Positions 1 through 10,674 are shown, numbered from the stretch's first letter. The stretch: DNA of 42,227 nt from Saccharicrinis sp. (GCA_041584155.1 JBFHEL010000001.1:1-42227); one strand, 5' to 3'. Notes: generated by a model from the sequence alone, not told the origin. Made by a program: numbers and translations.

Positions 1-384
1 GAGCACTTCCGACAGTGGGATGATAATCTTTGCATCACTCTTGATTTCAATGATTAAGCGACCATTATCAGGAATCGTTTTTAACACCTCGGCAAGAGTA
101 GGAATAAGCTCTCCCTGCCATTGTTTTCCTTTGTATATTCCAACATCAACTACTCTCAAATCTTCAAGGGTACTGTCAGCTATGATTTTATTACAATTAC
201 CGGTTCGTTTGGTACTTTTATCGTGCATTAACACCACATGTTTGTCTTTTGTCAAACGCACATCCACTTCAACCGCTTTTACTCCTTTATCCCAGGCTAA
301 TTGAACCGAGGCAAGTGTATTTTCAGGAGCTATAAATGATTCCCCTCTATGGGCAACTATTTTTCTGGAGCTTTGTATATTCAT
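1..384 (-). CDS. Glycerophosphodiester phosphodiesterase family protein (GlpQ/UgpQ-like), 3' end runs off the window
   Basis: Not in the ORF track; hand translation of the minus strand from ATG at 384 gives MNIQSSRKIVAHRGESFIAPENTLASVQLAWDKGVKAVEVDVRLTKDKHVVLMHD, containing the GDPD motifs AHRG, PENT, E-x-D-V and HD. Confidence 0.92.
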   Translation of the reverse strand, partial: MNIQSSRKIVAHRGESFIAPENTLASVQLAWDKGVKAVEVDVRLTKDKHVVLMHDKSTKRTGNCNKIIADSTLEDLRVVDVGIYKGKQWQGELIPTLAEVLKTIPDNGRLIIEIKSDAKIIIPLSEVL

Positions 385-474
385 TGTCAGAGGTTAAAGG
401 TTTAATTTTAGCTATAAAACAGATATAACCGGGATATATCATGTAGTATTTTATGATTGATTAAAATAGTCTTA

Positions 475-3400
475 TTATTTCCATTTTTTCTTAAACATCA
501 GGTCGAAGCCCGAATTACTATTTTGGTTTGTAGCCTTTAAAATAACACTCCTGAGAAACTGATATTCGAGCATCATTTTTTCGGTATTTACTGTTTTTGT
601 TTTTTTATCCAAAAGAAATACCTGTTCGTAACTTAAATACAATTTATTGGTAATATACTTACCCAGAGTCACATTGCTAACTTTCCAGTTATCCTCACCA
701 CTAATCTCAATAACATCTATTCCCGTTGACTGTTTCAATGATTCCTTTACTACTGACGATAACTGATCTAGCACAAGCCCCATGGCCAGATCATCTCCGC
801 TAAACACCTTGCTTTTTTGACTATCGCTTAACTGATCAGAGCTCTTTTTAAAAACGATATAAGATATCGCATCTTTCTCATCAATATCATCATCGTCTAA
901 TACAAATTCCATTTCCGGCTGCAACATACTACCTGACAGGTTAATCTGCAAGGTACGAAGTTCCTTTTCAATATCTCTGAATTTATACAGGATGGTAAAA
1001 TTCACATTGGGGTTTAGTTCTTTTCCTCCTGTAAAGATCAATTCTCCTTCTGTAATATTAAAGTTCCTACCATACATTTTATAGGATCCCTTACCCACAT
1101 TTAAAGTACCTACAATATTTATATCCTCTGTATTTTTTATAAACTGTAAAGAGCCATTCAGTTCAAAATTCATATTTTTACCTCGTACCCAGGTATTAGA
1201 GGGTATTTTTAACACAATAGTACCCCGCATATTTTTGTATATAGCAGAGGATGAAAAGATGGGTTCTGCCAAAATAGTATCGTTTACTCTTATATCAACC
1301 TGCTCCTCTTCCATGGCCTTTAACAATAAGGGAGGATTGGGATCATCGGTTTTCTGGTTAAGATAGGTATTGAAGTAATCAGCATTTACCTGGGAACGAT
1401 TAAGTGTAATCTGTCCGTTTAGCAGTGGGTGCTGACCTGAGCCTGACATCTTCATATCGGCATCCATATTCAGTTCCATTTTGGTTGATTTTATAGCCTG
1501 AAAATTGATAGCTTTTATCTTTATATTTAAAATATCCGCATCAGAAGGTAATCCACTGTCAATATTCATATAGCCTTCCATTGTCAGCTTCCCTTTTTTA
1601 TTTGATTTTACACTCAATCCATTCAGTGTAATCATACTTTTATTGAAAGTAGCATTAAGATCAATATCCCTGTAATAAACTCCTAAGTCCGTATTTTCCA
1701 CTAATCCATTAACCAGCTTTAAATGTCCGTTTAATACCGGATTATTAATGGTGTTTGATACCTGAATATCAGCAAATGAAAAACCCTTAATAACCATATC
1801 TTCTATAGGGTGAATACGGGATAGTGCATTTATATCAAGACTGTCAAGTTGAAGAGCTGCTGAGAACAAAGGAGAATCCTTTAAAATATAAATACTATCC
1901 TTAAATGACAGGTGCAATGGAATACTAAAGGATGTTTGAATAGGGTGACCTATATGGCTCATGATATTACCTGAATAGCTTAACAGCTCATCTTCATAAT
2001 GTAAATCGTAGTTGATTTGTTGAATCTTATACTCATTAATACGCCCTTGATCTATGGATAATTTATTTTGAATAATTGGTTTGTCAGCTGTTCCCGTGAG
2101 TTGGGTTAATGAAGATAACCGACCGGATACCCGGTAGGGTAAATATCTGTGCAAGGGCATTCTACTTAAATCAACATCCTGAATATTCACTGTCATGTTA
2201 TTTTCTCCATCAAATGAAAAAACGCCATGTATCTGAATGGACTGATTATCGGAATGTAAACGAAAGTCATGAACATAAACATCGGCGGGATTCAGTTTAA
2301 TATAAGTTGAATCCTGATGACTGGTCCATTGTTCTCCATTATAATTAATACCTAATTCATTCACCCAGAGTAAGGGATTTTCAAAATTCTCCAGCCTCCC
2401 CCGGAATGTGGTGAACAACGAATCGTTTACCTGTAATTGAATATCAGTATTGATCAGTTGATTGGCAAAATCACCATTTACAGCCAGTTCCTTCACCTTA
2501 AAAGAATCATATTGAATATCATTAATGTTCAATGTTGTATTACCCTGGTATTTATCATCTGAAATTTCTAAATAAATATGAGCTTGGCTACCTCCTATTT
2601 TCAGGGAGTCGTATGTTGCATAATCCAGATCCAGCTTAACATCCGTTATCAAATCATTTCTTTTTCCACTTATGCGGCCATTAACCATTCCTTGTAATTC
2701 AACAGAAGGAAGATTAAATTTTGTAAGCAGAGGTGTAATATCTCTGGGTACAAAATCAAAATGAACATCATTATTAATATTTATATTTCCTTTTCCTTCG
2801 GCAGTCAAACTAAAGTAAGGAGTTTCAACATTTAAACCTCTGAATTGATAGTCTCCTTTTCTATAGTAAGCCTGTATTTTAAAATCATCAATGGGATAAT
2901 CCAGCAGCTTTGAGTGATTGGAATGAACAACCATATCCACCATTAAATTATCCAAGGATTCTCCGGTACCTACAATGGAAATATCACCATTTAGGAGGGT
3001 ATAGAGCGAATCGATACCTGGAATATTTTGTAAATTTAAGTTTCGGTATCCTGCCTTTAAATTATATTGTGGCTGGCTGAATATTTTTGTGAGCTCATAA
3101 TTAAGCCGAAAATCACCAAAGTCAGCCTGCGTAGTTAATGCCCCATTCAAGCGCTCTTTTATTTTGATACTGTTAATATTCAGATTGCGAAAATGATAAA
3201 GGTTATACCTGAACTCCTGAAAACTGCCCCTTAAAGTTATTTCACTCTCCTGCTTATCGAACCCTTTTCCTTGCAACTGCAGATGACCGCTCACCTTTAA
3301 TTGGTGATTTGGTTCGTTAGTCCAATAAGCTGCATCAATCGCATCCAGAGAAAGGTTAGCCACATATTGAGGTACCTTATTCAAATCAGACAACTCACCT

Positions 3401-4302
3401 GTCAGCTGAATCTTTTGTTTTGCCTGCATGATGAGTGCCGACATGGTATACTTACCCGAATCGCCCTGGAGCAATAACTGAACCTCAGGGTTACCATAAA
3501 GCTTTAAATCAGGCAATAAATTTCTGAAATCAGAAAAATCGAGGGGCTCCATACGAACTGCTGCCGTTATTTTCTGCGGCTTATTCCAGGCCAGACTGCC
3601 TTTGCTTTTAGCCAAAGATTTATTTAACTGTAAACTGACATCCATCCAATTGAATGAATACAATGAACCAGAAAATTTACCGGATAGATTAACTAAATTA
3701 AATTCAGGGCTTTGCGTAGCAAGGTGCAGATGTTTTAAATCTATCTCAAACTCTTCTCCGGAAAAAAGCAGGGAGCTTCTAAAGTCTGATTCAATATATG
3801 CAGGAACAAGTCCATTTTCGCCAAGCAGTTTAATATTGGAGGTAAAATGAGTCAGGTTAAAATCCTTAATCGCTATATCCCATGCTGATGTATTTGTGAC
3901 TGTATCTGTTTTCTCCGCAGGCACCACAATATTAGCCAGATTGTAGGTAGAATCCTTCTCTTGCGACACATTGAGTTGCAATTTATTTATTTGCAGTTGA
4001 TTAACGTCCAACTTATGATACAACAAACTCCATATACGATAATCAACATCGATCCTACGGCAGCTTAATAACGTATCGTCCTCTTGTAATAAACATATAT
4101 TTTCAAGGGTAAAATCAGAAAATAGATTTCCATGCAAAGATTCGATGCTTAGCTCACCATTTATGTTTTTGCTGACCTGACTGTTTAGCATGCTCACCAC
4201 AAAAGCATTTAAATGCCCAAACCTAAGGAGTACCCCCAGAAGGACAAGAAGAGCAAATAAAGCTCCCAGTACAAACATTACTATTTTAAGAATACGATTC
4301 AT
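475..4302 (-). CDS. tamB: Translocation and assembly module TamB (AsmA-like/DUF490) protein
   Basis: 1275 aa with N-terminal signal anchor, long beta-rich repetitive body, C-terminal 'LGKYITNKLYLSY...LEYQF' typical of the TamB C-terminus; directly downstream of an Omp85 gene. Confidence 0.85.
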   Translation of the reverse strand: MNRILKIVMFVLGALFALLVLLGVLLRFGHLNAFVVSMLNSQVSKNINGELSIESLHGNLFSDFTLENICLLQEDDTLLSCRRIDVDYRIWSLLYHKLDVNQLQINKLQLNVSQEKDSTYNLANIVVPAEKTDTVTNTSAWDIAIKDFNLTHFTSNIKLLGENGLVPAYIESDFRSSLLFSGEEFEIDLKHLHLATQSPEFNLVNLSGKFSGSLYSFNWMDVSLQLNKSLAKSKGSLAWNKPQKITAAVRMEPLDFSDFRNLLPDLKLYGNPEVQLLLQGDSGKYTMSALIMQAKQKIQLTGELSDLNKVPQYVANLSLDAIDAAYWTNEPNHQLKVSGHLQLQGKGFDKQESEITLRGSFQEFRYNLYHFRNLNINSIKIKERLNGALTTQADFGDFRLNYELTKIFSQPQYNLKAGYRNLNLQNIPGIDSLYTLLNGDISIVGTGESLDNLMVDMVVHSNHSKLLDYPIDDFKIQAYYRKGDYQFRGLNVETPYFSLTAEGKGNININNDVHFDFVPRDITPLLTKFNLPSVELQGMVNGRISGKRNDLITDVKLDLDYATYDSLKIGGSQAHIYLEISDDKYQGNTTLNINDIQYDSFKVKELAVNGDFANQLINTDIQLQVNDSLFTTFRGRLENFENPLLWVNELGINYNGEQWTSHQDSTYIKLNPADVYVHDFRLHSDNQSIQIHGVFSFDGENNMTVNIQDVDLSRMPLHRYLPYRVSGRLSSLTQLTGTADKPIIQNKLSIDQGRINEYKIQQINYDLHYEDELLSYSGNIMSHIGHPIQTSFSIPLHLSFKDSIYILKDSPLFSAALQLDSLDINALSRIHPIEDMVIKGFSFADIQVSNTINNPVLNGHLKLVNGLVENTDLGVYYRDIDLNATFNKSMITLNGLSVKSNKKGKLTMEGYMNIDSGLPSDADILNIKIKAINFQAIKSTKMELNMDADMKMSGSGQHPLLNGQITLNRSQVNADYFNTYLNQKTDDPNPPLLLKAMEEEQVDIRVNDTILAEPIFSSSAIYKNMRGTIVLKIPSNTWVRGKNMNFELNGSLQFIKNTEDINIVGTLNVGKGSYKMYGRNFNITEGELIFTGGKELNPNVNFTILYKFRDIEKELRTLQINLSGSMLQPEMEFVLDDDDIDEKDAISYIVFKKSSDQLSDSQKSKVFSGDDLAMGLVLDQLSSVVKESLKQSTGIDVIEISGEDNWKVSNVTLGKYITNKLYLSYEQVFLLDKKTKTVNTEKMMLEYQFLRSVILKATNQNSNSGFDLMFKKKWK

Positions 4303-4406
4303 TTATTTAAAAATAAGCAAAACATTGAAATCCAATCCTCCTTTTCAATCACTTTCTCAAACCAGGAATCTTCTCCAGATAAATCTGTATTTTCATTTTT
4401 GATCCA

Positions 4407-6212
4407 TTAAAATGTTTGTCCTATTGAAATGAAAAATTGAAAATCAAAAGAATCTTTTATAATTGGCGATGCCATATCTAAACGGATAGGTCCTATGGGC
4501 GATTTCACCCGAAAACCTATGCCGGCATCATAATGCAATGAAGCAGGAGAAAACTGATAGGCATCAGACCAAACATTTCCTGCATCCAAAAAAACAACAC
4601 CGCCAAAAATATCGTAAATAGGAAACCTCAATTCCGAGCTAATTTCGGCAAGTGAATTTCCTCCAATGGCATATCCTTCCTCATTTACAGGGGATATGTC
4701 ATGTCTGCTCCAGCCACGCAAAGAAGAGGCTCCCCCTGCATAAAATCTGTCTTCAACAGGAGTTTCATCAGAGTTCAGCACATACTGAATCACTCCTGTT
4801 TTAAATCTTAAGGCCAGGTTTAAATTTTGGCTCAATGCCAAATAATTACGTAATGAAAACTGAAACTGATAATACTGAATATCACTGCCAAATCCAAGTC
4901 CTGCATAGGAAACACTACCATCCAATATATATCCTTTGGTAGGGTAAAACTTATTATTGGTAGAATTATACACGCGCCCCAGGCTCAGGATTGATTTATT
5001 ATATTCCAGTTCATCCTCATCCAGTTCCAAATCAGTTAGTTCATGCAAATTATCCCGCTCAACAGCATAGGTTAAGGTGAGTTTGGTTTTCTTATTTAGC
5101 TGATACAAAAAATTGATTCCTCCCCCAACACGATCTATCTGATAACTCTCTTCCCTTTCTCTCTCAAAGAACGGATTTAACGAAAAGTCAAGATTTTTGA
5201 CAAAAAGATCCGGTTGAATAAAACTAAGACCTACACTAAAGGGTGTCCAATAGGAGGTTTTGGCCTTTAACACCAGTCTTCTTGCTCCACCCAGAAAACT
5301 TAAGCGGGTAATCTGGCCCGATAACCTTATTCTGTCTTCGGTACCATAACCAACCCCACCTTCAAGTGCATAACGAGGAAGTTCCTTTACATATATCTCA
5401 ATAGGTATATTATTATCCATAACACTGTCTTTTATGGCATTGATAATAACATACTGAAAAAGTTCTGTTTCAAAGATATTTTGCTGTGTCTTGTTTATTT
5501 GTTGCTGGCTATACAAATCCGATTTGGAAAATAAGATACGTTTGCTTATAAAAGACTCCGGAATCAAGGTATCCCCTGAAATATTAATATCTCCAAAAAA
5601 GCTCCTTTTACCCGGTTCAATATCATAAATGAGTGTTGCCCATTTTCTCTGTTGATCTAATAAGACCTGATAATGGGTTTGAACAAAAGGGTAACCTGCA
5701 TTTGAAAAATGATGCAGGAGTAAATTCTCTGTATTAAAAACATCCTCATCCCTAAAACGCTGGTTTAATCGTGATGCGATATTCATTTGAATGGAATCAA
5801 GAACAGTATATGCCAGGCTGTCCAATGTACCCTTAAAAAGAACGGTATCTATCCTCACAAAATCATTTTCGCTAATAAGAACAGTAATGTCTATTAGTTT
5901 CCTGCTCCTGAGCGTATCGAGTGAATAATCAATATTTGAGTTTAAAAACCCATTACGGATATAATAACTTTTGAGCCTGTCGATATCATTTTTCAGAACA
6001 GATAAAGAAAATTCAGCATGTTTTTTCCAAAACAACAAGCTATGTAGTTTCTTCCGCGCAGATGTATTCAACTGTTCCTCTAACTTATCATTGGCCAGTA
6101 TATTATTTCCAGCATAATGAATACTGCGAACCCGATAGTCCTTTTGAGCATATACTCCATGATGAATAAACATCATACACTGAAAAAATATAAAAATGAT
6201 TAGCTTTCGCAT
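4407..6212 (-). CDS. Omp85-family outer membrane protein (TamA/BamA-like; POTRA domains plus barrel)
   Basis: POTRA-like repeats (GYPF), 'RFYAGGASSLRGW' Omp85 loop motif, 'SPIGPIRLD' and C-terminal 'FFISIGQTF'; start moved from 6251 to MRKLIIF (6212), which gives a normal signal peptide. Confidence 0.88.
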   Translation of the reverse strand: MRKLIIFIFFQCMMFIHHGVYAQKDYRVRSIHYAGNNILANDKLEEQLNTSARKKLHSLLFWKKHAEFSLSVLKNDIDRLKSYYIRNGFLNSNIDYSLDTLRSRKLIDITVLISENDFVRIDTVLFKGTLDSLAYTVLDSIQMNIASRLNQRFRDEDVFNTENLLLHHFSNAGYPFVQTHYQVLLDQQRKWATLIYDIEPGKRSFFGDINISGDTLIPESFISKRILFSKSDLYSQQQINKTQQNIFETELFQYVIINAIKDSVMDNNIPIEIYVKELPRYALEGGVGYGTEDRIRLSGQITRLSFLGGARRLVLKAKTSYWTPFSVGLSFIQPDLFVKNLDFSLNPFFEREREESYQIDRVGGGINFLYQLNKKTKLTLTYAVERDNLHELTDLELDEDELEYNKSILSLGRVYNSTNNKFYPTKGYILDGSVSYAGLGFGSDIQYYQFQFSLRNYLALSQNLNLALRFKTGVIQYVLNSDETPVEDRFYAGGASSLRGWSRHDISPVNEEGYAIGGNSLAEISSELRFPIYDIFGGVVFLDAGNVWSDAYQFSPASLHYDAGIGFRVKSPIGPIRLDMASPIIKDSFDFQFFISIGQTF

Positions 6213-6537
6213 ACTCTTGTTCTGATACATAAAATTTGAACAGATGGCCATATCACCTACATATGAACAACCAACTCCAAAGTAAGGTAAAAAATTTTAG
6301 CAAATGCTTGTATAAAAGTTGACCAAATGAAAATATCTGAGGGGAAAATGTTAAAATTTGAATCAGGGAAAAAAGGATAATAAAAATGTACTTTTGAAGA
6401 ACACGATTTTAAATTTTATCACTGCGCATGGCTTATAAACTTTTATTTAATCGGATAGCCCCTGAAATTAAAACACATAGCTACCATTATTAGCCTTATT
6501 CAGCAATTATTATATCAGAAACACTTACTGATTACAC

Positions 6538-6578
6538 AAAAAAAAGGCTGTCTGCTAAAAACCAGCACAGCCTCTTTT
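6538..6578 (-). terminator. Intrinsic terminator (possibly bidirectional) after the peroxiredoxin-like gene
   Basis: AGGCTG(T)...(A)CAGCCT stem flanked by an A-run on the left (U-tract on minus) and TCTTTT on the right. Confidence 0.6.
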
Positions 6579-6742
6579 CTGTTTAAAATTTTTGTATTTG
6601 GAAAATGTACATACCGGCAGCTGCCAGACAGTAACTCGCATTAACTTTATTAATTCCCGAATCAAATTCGGAACAGGCTATTCCTCCTGTGTGTACTTTA
6701 TGATTAATCCAGTTAATGGTCGTTTCATATATGCTGTTTTTC

Positions 6743-7501
6743 TTATTTCATATTCTTCAAAAATGCAGTTATCTCAGCTGGTTCAGCACGCTTTCTATAA
6801 TCAGCATCTAAAAAGGCATAGGCAATTTTTCCATCGGTGTTAATAATATAGGTAGCCGCTAAAGGCAACTCATTAGAGCTATCACCATTGTACTCATTTA
6901 GTCCAAATTTTTCGTTATAAATCTTAGCTACCTCATCAGTTAATTTAAAAACAACCCCATAATCTCTGGCCACTTTATTACCAACATCACTCAATACTTC
7001 AAATTTTAAATGATGCTTTTCGGCTGTACTCATCGATTGATCGGGTAACTCAGGAGTTAAGGCCACCAAATTAGCACCCTGTGCCTGTATGTTTGGTAAC
7101 TCTTGCTGCAGGTATTGTAAATTAATATTACAGTATGGGCACCAACCGCCTCTGTACCAAACCAACACAACGGGTCCTTTTTGCAGATATTCTTGCAAGG
7201 ACACCTCTTTCCCCATAGCATTTTTCAAGGAGAAATTTGGAGCAAAATCACCAACATTTTTGGCTGTTTGTACGATACCACTTTCACTTACAGCATCTAA
7301 TCCTTCTTTATAAATTTGTTTGGTTTGTTGATCTGCTTGTTTACCAAAGTTGATTTTTCGTTCTTCTAATGCCTGAGTCTGCGTAACACTTATTTCCATT
7401 GGTTTTTCTTTTGCGGTTGACAATTCCTTACTGTTTTTTGTACTACAAGCATTTAATATGCCAAGTAACAGGGTAAAACTTAAAATATTTACAATCTTCA
7501 T
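6743..7501 (-). CDS. Peroxiredoxin-like AhpC/TSA family lipoprotein (thioredoxin fold)
   Basis: Lipobox-like LNAC; 'FSLKNAMG...GPVVLVWYRGGWCPYCN' CxxC motif; 'LPLAATYII' C-terminal motif. Confidence 0.88.
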   Translation of the reverse strand: MKIVNILSFTLLLGILNACSTKNSKELSTAKEKPMEISVTQTQALEERKINFGKQADQQTKQIYKEGLDAVSESGIVQTAKNVGDFAPNFSLKNAMGKEVSLQEYLQKGPVVLVWYRGGWCPYCNINLQYLQQELPNIQAQGANLVALTPELPDQSMSTAEKHHLKFEVLSDVGNKVARDYGVVFKLTDEVAKIYNEKFGLNEYNGDSSNELPLAATYIINTDGKIAYAFLDADYRKRAEPAEITAFLKNMK

Positions 7502-7512
7502 AATCCTTAATT

Positions 7513-7968
7513 TTATTGAGTAACTCCTATTAATTTATTTGCTTTTCTATTGATAATAAATGCATTAAGCATTGAAAAAATTATAATTCCAGTGGCTATA
7601 TAAACCAAAGGCCATTTGGGTTGAACACGTAAAAAGAATTCTGCTAACAAAGCACCTACCATGGTGATAAAACCGAAAATATTAGCAAAAACACTCAATT
7701 TAAAATAACTCAAGCGTGAGGAAAAAAAGGCTTTGTGCTGAAATAAAGTATAAAAAGCAGTGGCGATATATGATAAACATAATATGGTGATCTGAACGCC
7801 AGTGAATAACCTAAAAGATGTAGGATTTATACTTAATGGTCTTGCCATTTCTATAAAAGCATTAACCGAAATCTCCCAACCAGCTAGTTTAGAGATGGAG
7901 AATCGGATTAATATTATCCCCATCAGTAAACTAGTTATACTAACTACTATTTTTTCTGTTTTGTTCAT
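7513..7968 (-). CDS. Integral membrane protein, possibly DoxX-like
   Basis: 151 aa, four hydrophobic segments, 'FSISKLAG' after the first TM resembles DoxX; located between TetR and peroxiredoxin genes. Confidence 0.6.
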   Translation of the reverse strand: MNKTEKIVVSITSLLMGIILIRFSISKLAGWEISVNAFIEMARPLSINPTSFRLFTGVQITILCLSYIATAFYTLFQHKAFFSSRLSYFKLSVFANIFGFITMVGALLAEFFLRVQPKWPLVYIATGIIIFSMLNAFIINRKANKLIGVTQ

Positions 7969-7988
7969 AATTTCATTTTTTTATTTCT

Positions 7989-8552
7989 TTAAGCATTCTT
8001 AAATATATGTTGTATATAGTTATCCAACTGAACATTAGCAAAGCTTTTACTGGCTGAGGAAAAACCGAACATAGCGATAAATAAAAAATCGGCTTTCTGT
8101 TGCACTTCTTCTTCGCTATAAGATTTGCTTTCTCTTAATTTTGTTGTAAAAACATCTTTTATATTCGTAGTATAATAGCTTAATAACTCTTGAATTTCCG
8201 CATTCCTCTCCTCATTACATTCGTTGGCAGTATTGGTAAAAAGACAACCTTTTTGCAAATTATTTTCTTGCGGAAAATGGATAAAATCATAAAAATATTG
8301 TTGTATGGTATCTGCACCACCTGCCATATTTTGCAACTTTTCCACCAGGGCTTTTAACTTTTGAGCATCATATTTTATACTGACTTGCATTAAACCCATT
8401 TTACTTACAAAACTTGAATAAATGGAGCACATATTAATCCCCATTTCTTTCTCTAACTGGAGCATAGAGGTTGTTTCATAACCATTTTTCCAGAAAACAT
8501 TCAGAGCTTTCTCCAACACCTCTTGCTCATTATATGATTTATTTCTTGACAT
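7989..8552 (-). CDS. TetR/AcrR family transcriptional regulator
   Basis: MSRNKSYNEQEVLEKALNVFWKNGYETTS N-terminal HTH and 'GCLFTN' C-terminal motif; ATG start at 8552 preferred over the track's 8597. Confidence 0.9.
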   Translation of the reverse strand: MSRNKSYNEQEVLEKALNVFWKNGYETTSMLQLEKEMGINMCSIYSSFVSKMGLMQVSIKYDAQKLKALVEKLQNMAGGADTIQQYFYDFIHFPQENNLQKGCLFTNTANECNEERNAEIQELLSYYTTNIKDVFTTKLRESKSYSEEEVQQKADFLFIAMFGFSSASKSFANVQLDNYIQHIFKNA

Positions 8553-8574
8553 AAATAATGATTTATTGCACAAA

Positions 8575-8592
8575 TCTAAACAATCGGTTAGA
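8575..8592. promoter_or_regulatory. Probable TetR operator (imperfect 18-bp palindrome)
   Basis: TCTAAACAATCGGTTAGA, 14 of 18 positions match its reverse complement; lies 22 bp upstream of the TetR start. Confidence 0.6.
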
Positions 8593-8848
8593 AACAAAGT
8601 GTTAACAAGTTGTTAATGTTTATGAAATACCAGTATTGCCTGCTAAACGTATTAATAAAAAAAGTAATAAGTCAGGTGAATAATACGCTTAAATCTAATT
8701 TTTTCTCTTAATTTTGGTAAGGTAAGTGATTTAATAACAATCATTACTATTAAATTCATTAATATCTGACGATGAGCAGATTGCCCGTTTTTTATTCTTT
8801 TAAAAGAAAGACACTATTGATTGAATTGCATAGTTTGAAAAGTATTAT

Positions 8849-8873
8849 GTTACCAAATTTTTATTTTGTGTCT
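8849..8873 (+). promoter_or_regulatory. Putative ECF-sigma promoter
   Basis: GTTACC-N15-GTCT, one mismatch to the recurring GTGACY-N15-GTCT motif, 39 nt before ATG 8913. Confidence 0.5.
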
Positions 8874-8912
8874 AAACATTTAATTTTACTATAAATATAC
8901 TTAAATTAGAAA

Positions 8913-10439
8913 ATGAAGGAAGATATTAGCAACGTTGAACTTAGTTACTTAAGTATTAATGATTATTCCGAACTCAAAGAGGTCATGATTAGTTCGTATC
9001 ATGCTTTGGATAATGCCTATTGGTCTTTGGAAAAAATAGAAAAGCTTATTGACATATTCCCTGAGGGACAAGTAGTTATTAAAGTAAATGAAGAGATTGC
9101 AGGTTGTGCACTAACCATTATTGTTAATTCTTTTGATTTAGAAGACCATCATACCTATAGCGAGATAACAAGTAATTATACTTTCGACACCCATACTGAC
9201 CAAGGAGATATATTGTATGGTATCGATGTTTTCGTGAAGCCTGAATTCAGAGGCTTAAGATTAGGAAGAAGATTATATGATTACAGAAAAGAGCTATGCG
9301 AAAGGCTTAATCTAAGAGGTATATTATTTGGAGGCAGGATTCCAAATTACCATAAATACTCACAGGACATCAGTCCTCGTCAATACATTGAAAAGGTAAA
9401 GGCGAAGGAAATAAATGACCCTGTATTAAACTTTCAGTTATCAAATGATTTTCATCCAATAAGGGTCTTAAAAAACTATTTAAAGGGAGATGTTGAATCG
9501 GAGGAATATGCGGTATTATTAAACTGGAACAACGTATTTTACGAAAAGCCTCAGACCAAAGCTGCTTCTGTTAAAAAGATCGTTCGAATTGGGGTTGTGC
9601 AATGGCAAATGAGGCCCTATAAATCCTCTAAGGAGTTATTGCAACAGGTGGAATATTTTGTGGATGCTTTAAGTAATTACAAGAGTGACTTTGCCCTCTT
9701 TCCGGAGTTTTTTAATGCTCCTTTGATGGCTGCTTATAATCACCTTAGTGAACCAGATGCCATCAGAGAGCTATCTAAATATACCGAAGAAATAAAACAA
9801 GAGATGGCAAAACTGGCCATCAGTTACAACATCAACATCATAACCGGAAGTATGCCGGAACTAGTGGATAACAACCTGTATAACGTAGGATATTTATGTA
9901 AAAGAGATGGTAGCATTGAGCGTTTTGAAAAACTACATGTTACTCCTGACGAAAAGAAAGTATGGGCTTTACAAGGAGGCCAGGAAGTAAAAACATTTAA
10001 TACTGATTGCGGTAAAATAGGTATTCTTATCTGCTATGATATCGAATTCCCTGAACTATCCAGATTATTGGCTGAAGAAGGGATGGAAATCCTGCTGGTG
10101 CCCTTTTTAACAGATACGCAAAATGGATATTCCCGAGTGAGAAACTGTGCACAAGCCAGAGCCATAGAAAATGAGTGTTACGTAGTTATTGCCGGCAGCG
10201 TGGGTAACCTACCTAATGTTCATAACATGGATATTCAATATGCACAATCGATGGTGTTTACCCCATGTGATTTTCAGTTTCCCACCAATGGTGTTAAGGC
10301 TGAAGCAACACCCAATAGCGAAATGATATTGATTGCCGATGTGGATCTTGATTTATTAAGAGACCTGAGAAATCATGGTAGTGTAAAAAATATGGCGGAT
10401 AGAAGAAAGGATTTATATACAATAAAACGAAACAATTAA
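8913..10439 (+). CDS. Bifunctional GNAT N-acetyltransferase / carbon-nitrogen hydrolase (nitrilase family) protein
   Basis: N-terminal GNAT acetyl-CoA motif 'VFVKPEFRGLRLGRRL'; C-terminal nitrilase triad motifs FPE, EKLH, ICYD. Confidence 0.9.
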   Translation: MKEDISNVELSYLSINDYSELKEVMISSYHALDNAYWSLEKIEKLIDIFPEGQVVIKVNEEIAGCALTIIVNSFDLEDHHTYSEITSNYTFDTHTDQGDILYGIDVFVKPEFRGLRLGRRLYDYRKELCERLNLRGILFGGRIPNYHKYSQDISPRQYIEKVKAKEINDPVLNFQLSNDFHPIRVLKNYLKGDVESEEYAVLLNWNNVFYEKPQTKAASVKKIVRIGVVQWQMRPYKSSKELLQQVEYFVDALSNYKSDFALFPEFFNAPLMAAYNHLSEPDAIRELSKYTEEIKQEMAKLAISYNINIITGSMPELVDNNLYNVGYLCKRDGSIERFEKLHVTPDEKKVWALQGGQEVKTFNTDCGKIGILICYDIEFPELSRLLAEEGMEILLVPFLTDTQNGYSRVRNCAQARAIENECYVVIAGSVGNLPNVHNMDIQYAQSMVFTPCDFQFPTNGVKAEATPNSEMILIADVDLDLLRDLRNHGSVKNMADRRKDLYTIKRNN

Positions 10440-10570
10440 CATTCAAGCTAATTATTACTTAAGATGAAACGACTACGCAAATTCAATCCATTCATTTGCA
10501 CACAGGGCAATGAAATACATCGTATTCATGAAAGTCTTTGGATATAGAATTTGGTGAATAATAAATTTAG

Positions 10571-10674
10571 ACCGATTGGTTAATGACCCGAGCGTTATAT
10601 ATGCCTAGCAATAACACTGTCATTAATCCATCGGCATAATACCAAGTGCTCACTTTATTATCAAAATGGTATTA
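10571..10674. repeat. 104-bp structured intergenic repeat, copy 1
   Basis: 97/104 identical to 23677-23780 by manual alignment; internal inverted repeats. Confidence 0.9.

Noticed and set aside
20-304. 94-aa plus-strand ORF from the track
   Set aside because: Antisense shadow of the real minus-strand GDPD gene
6592-6843. 83-aa plus-strand ORF
   Set aside because: Non-ATG start, overlaps the peroxiredoxin 3' end convergently, no protein-like features
10571-10674. Repeat considered as a CRISPR unit or intact IS
   Set aside because: Only two copies 13 kb apart, no spacer array, no cas or transposase gene
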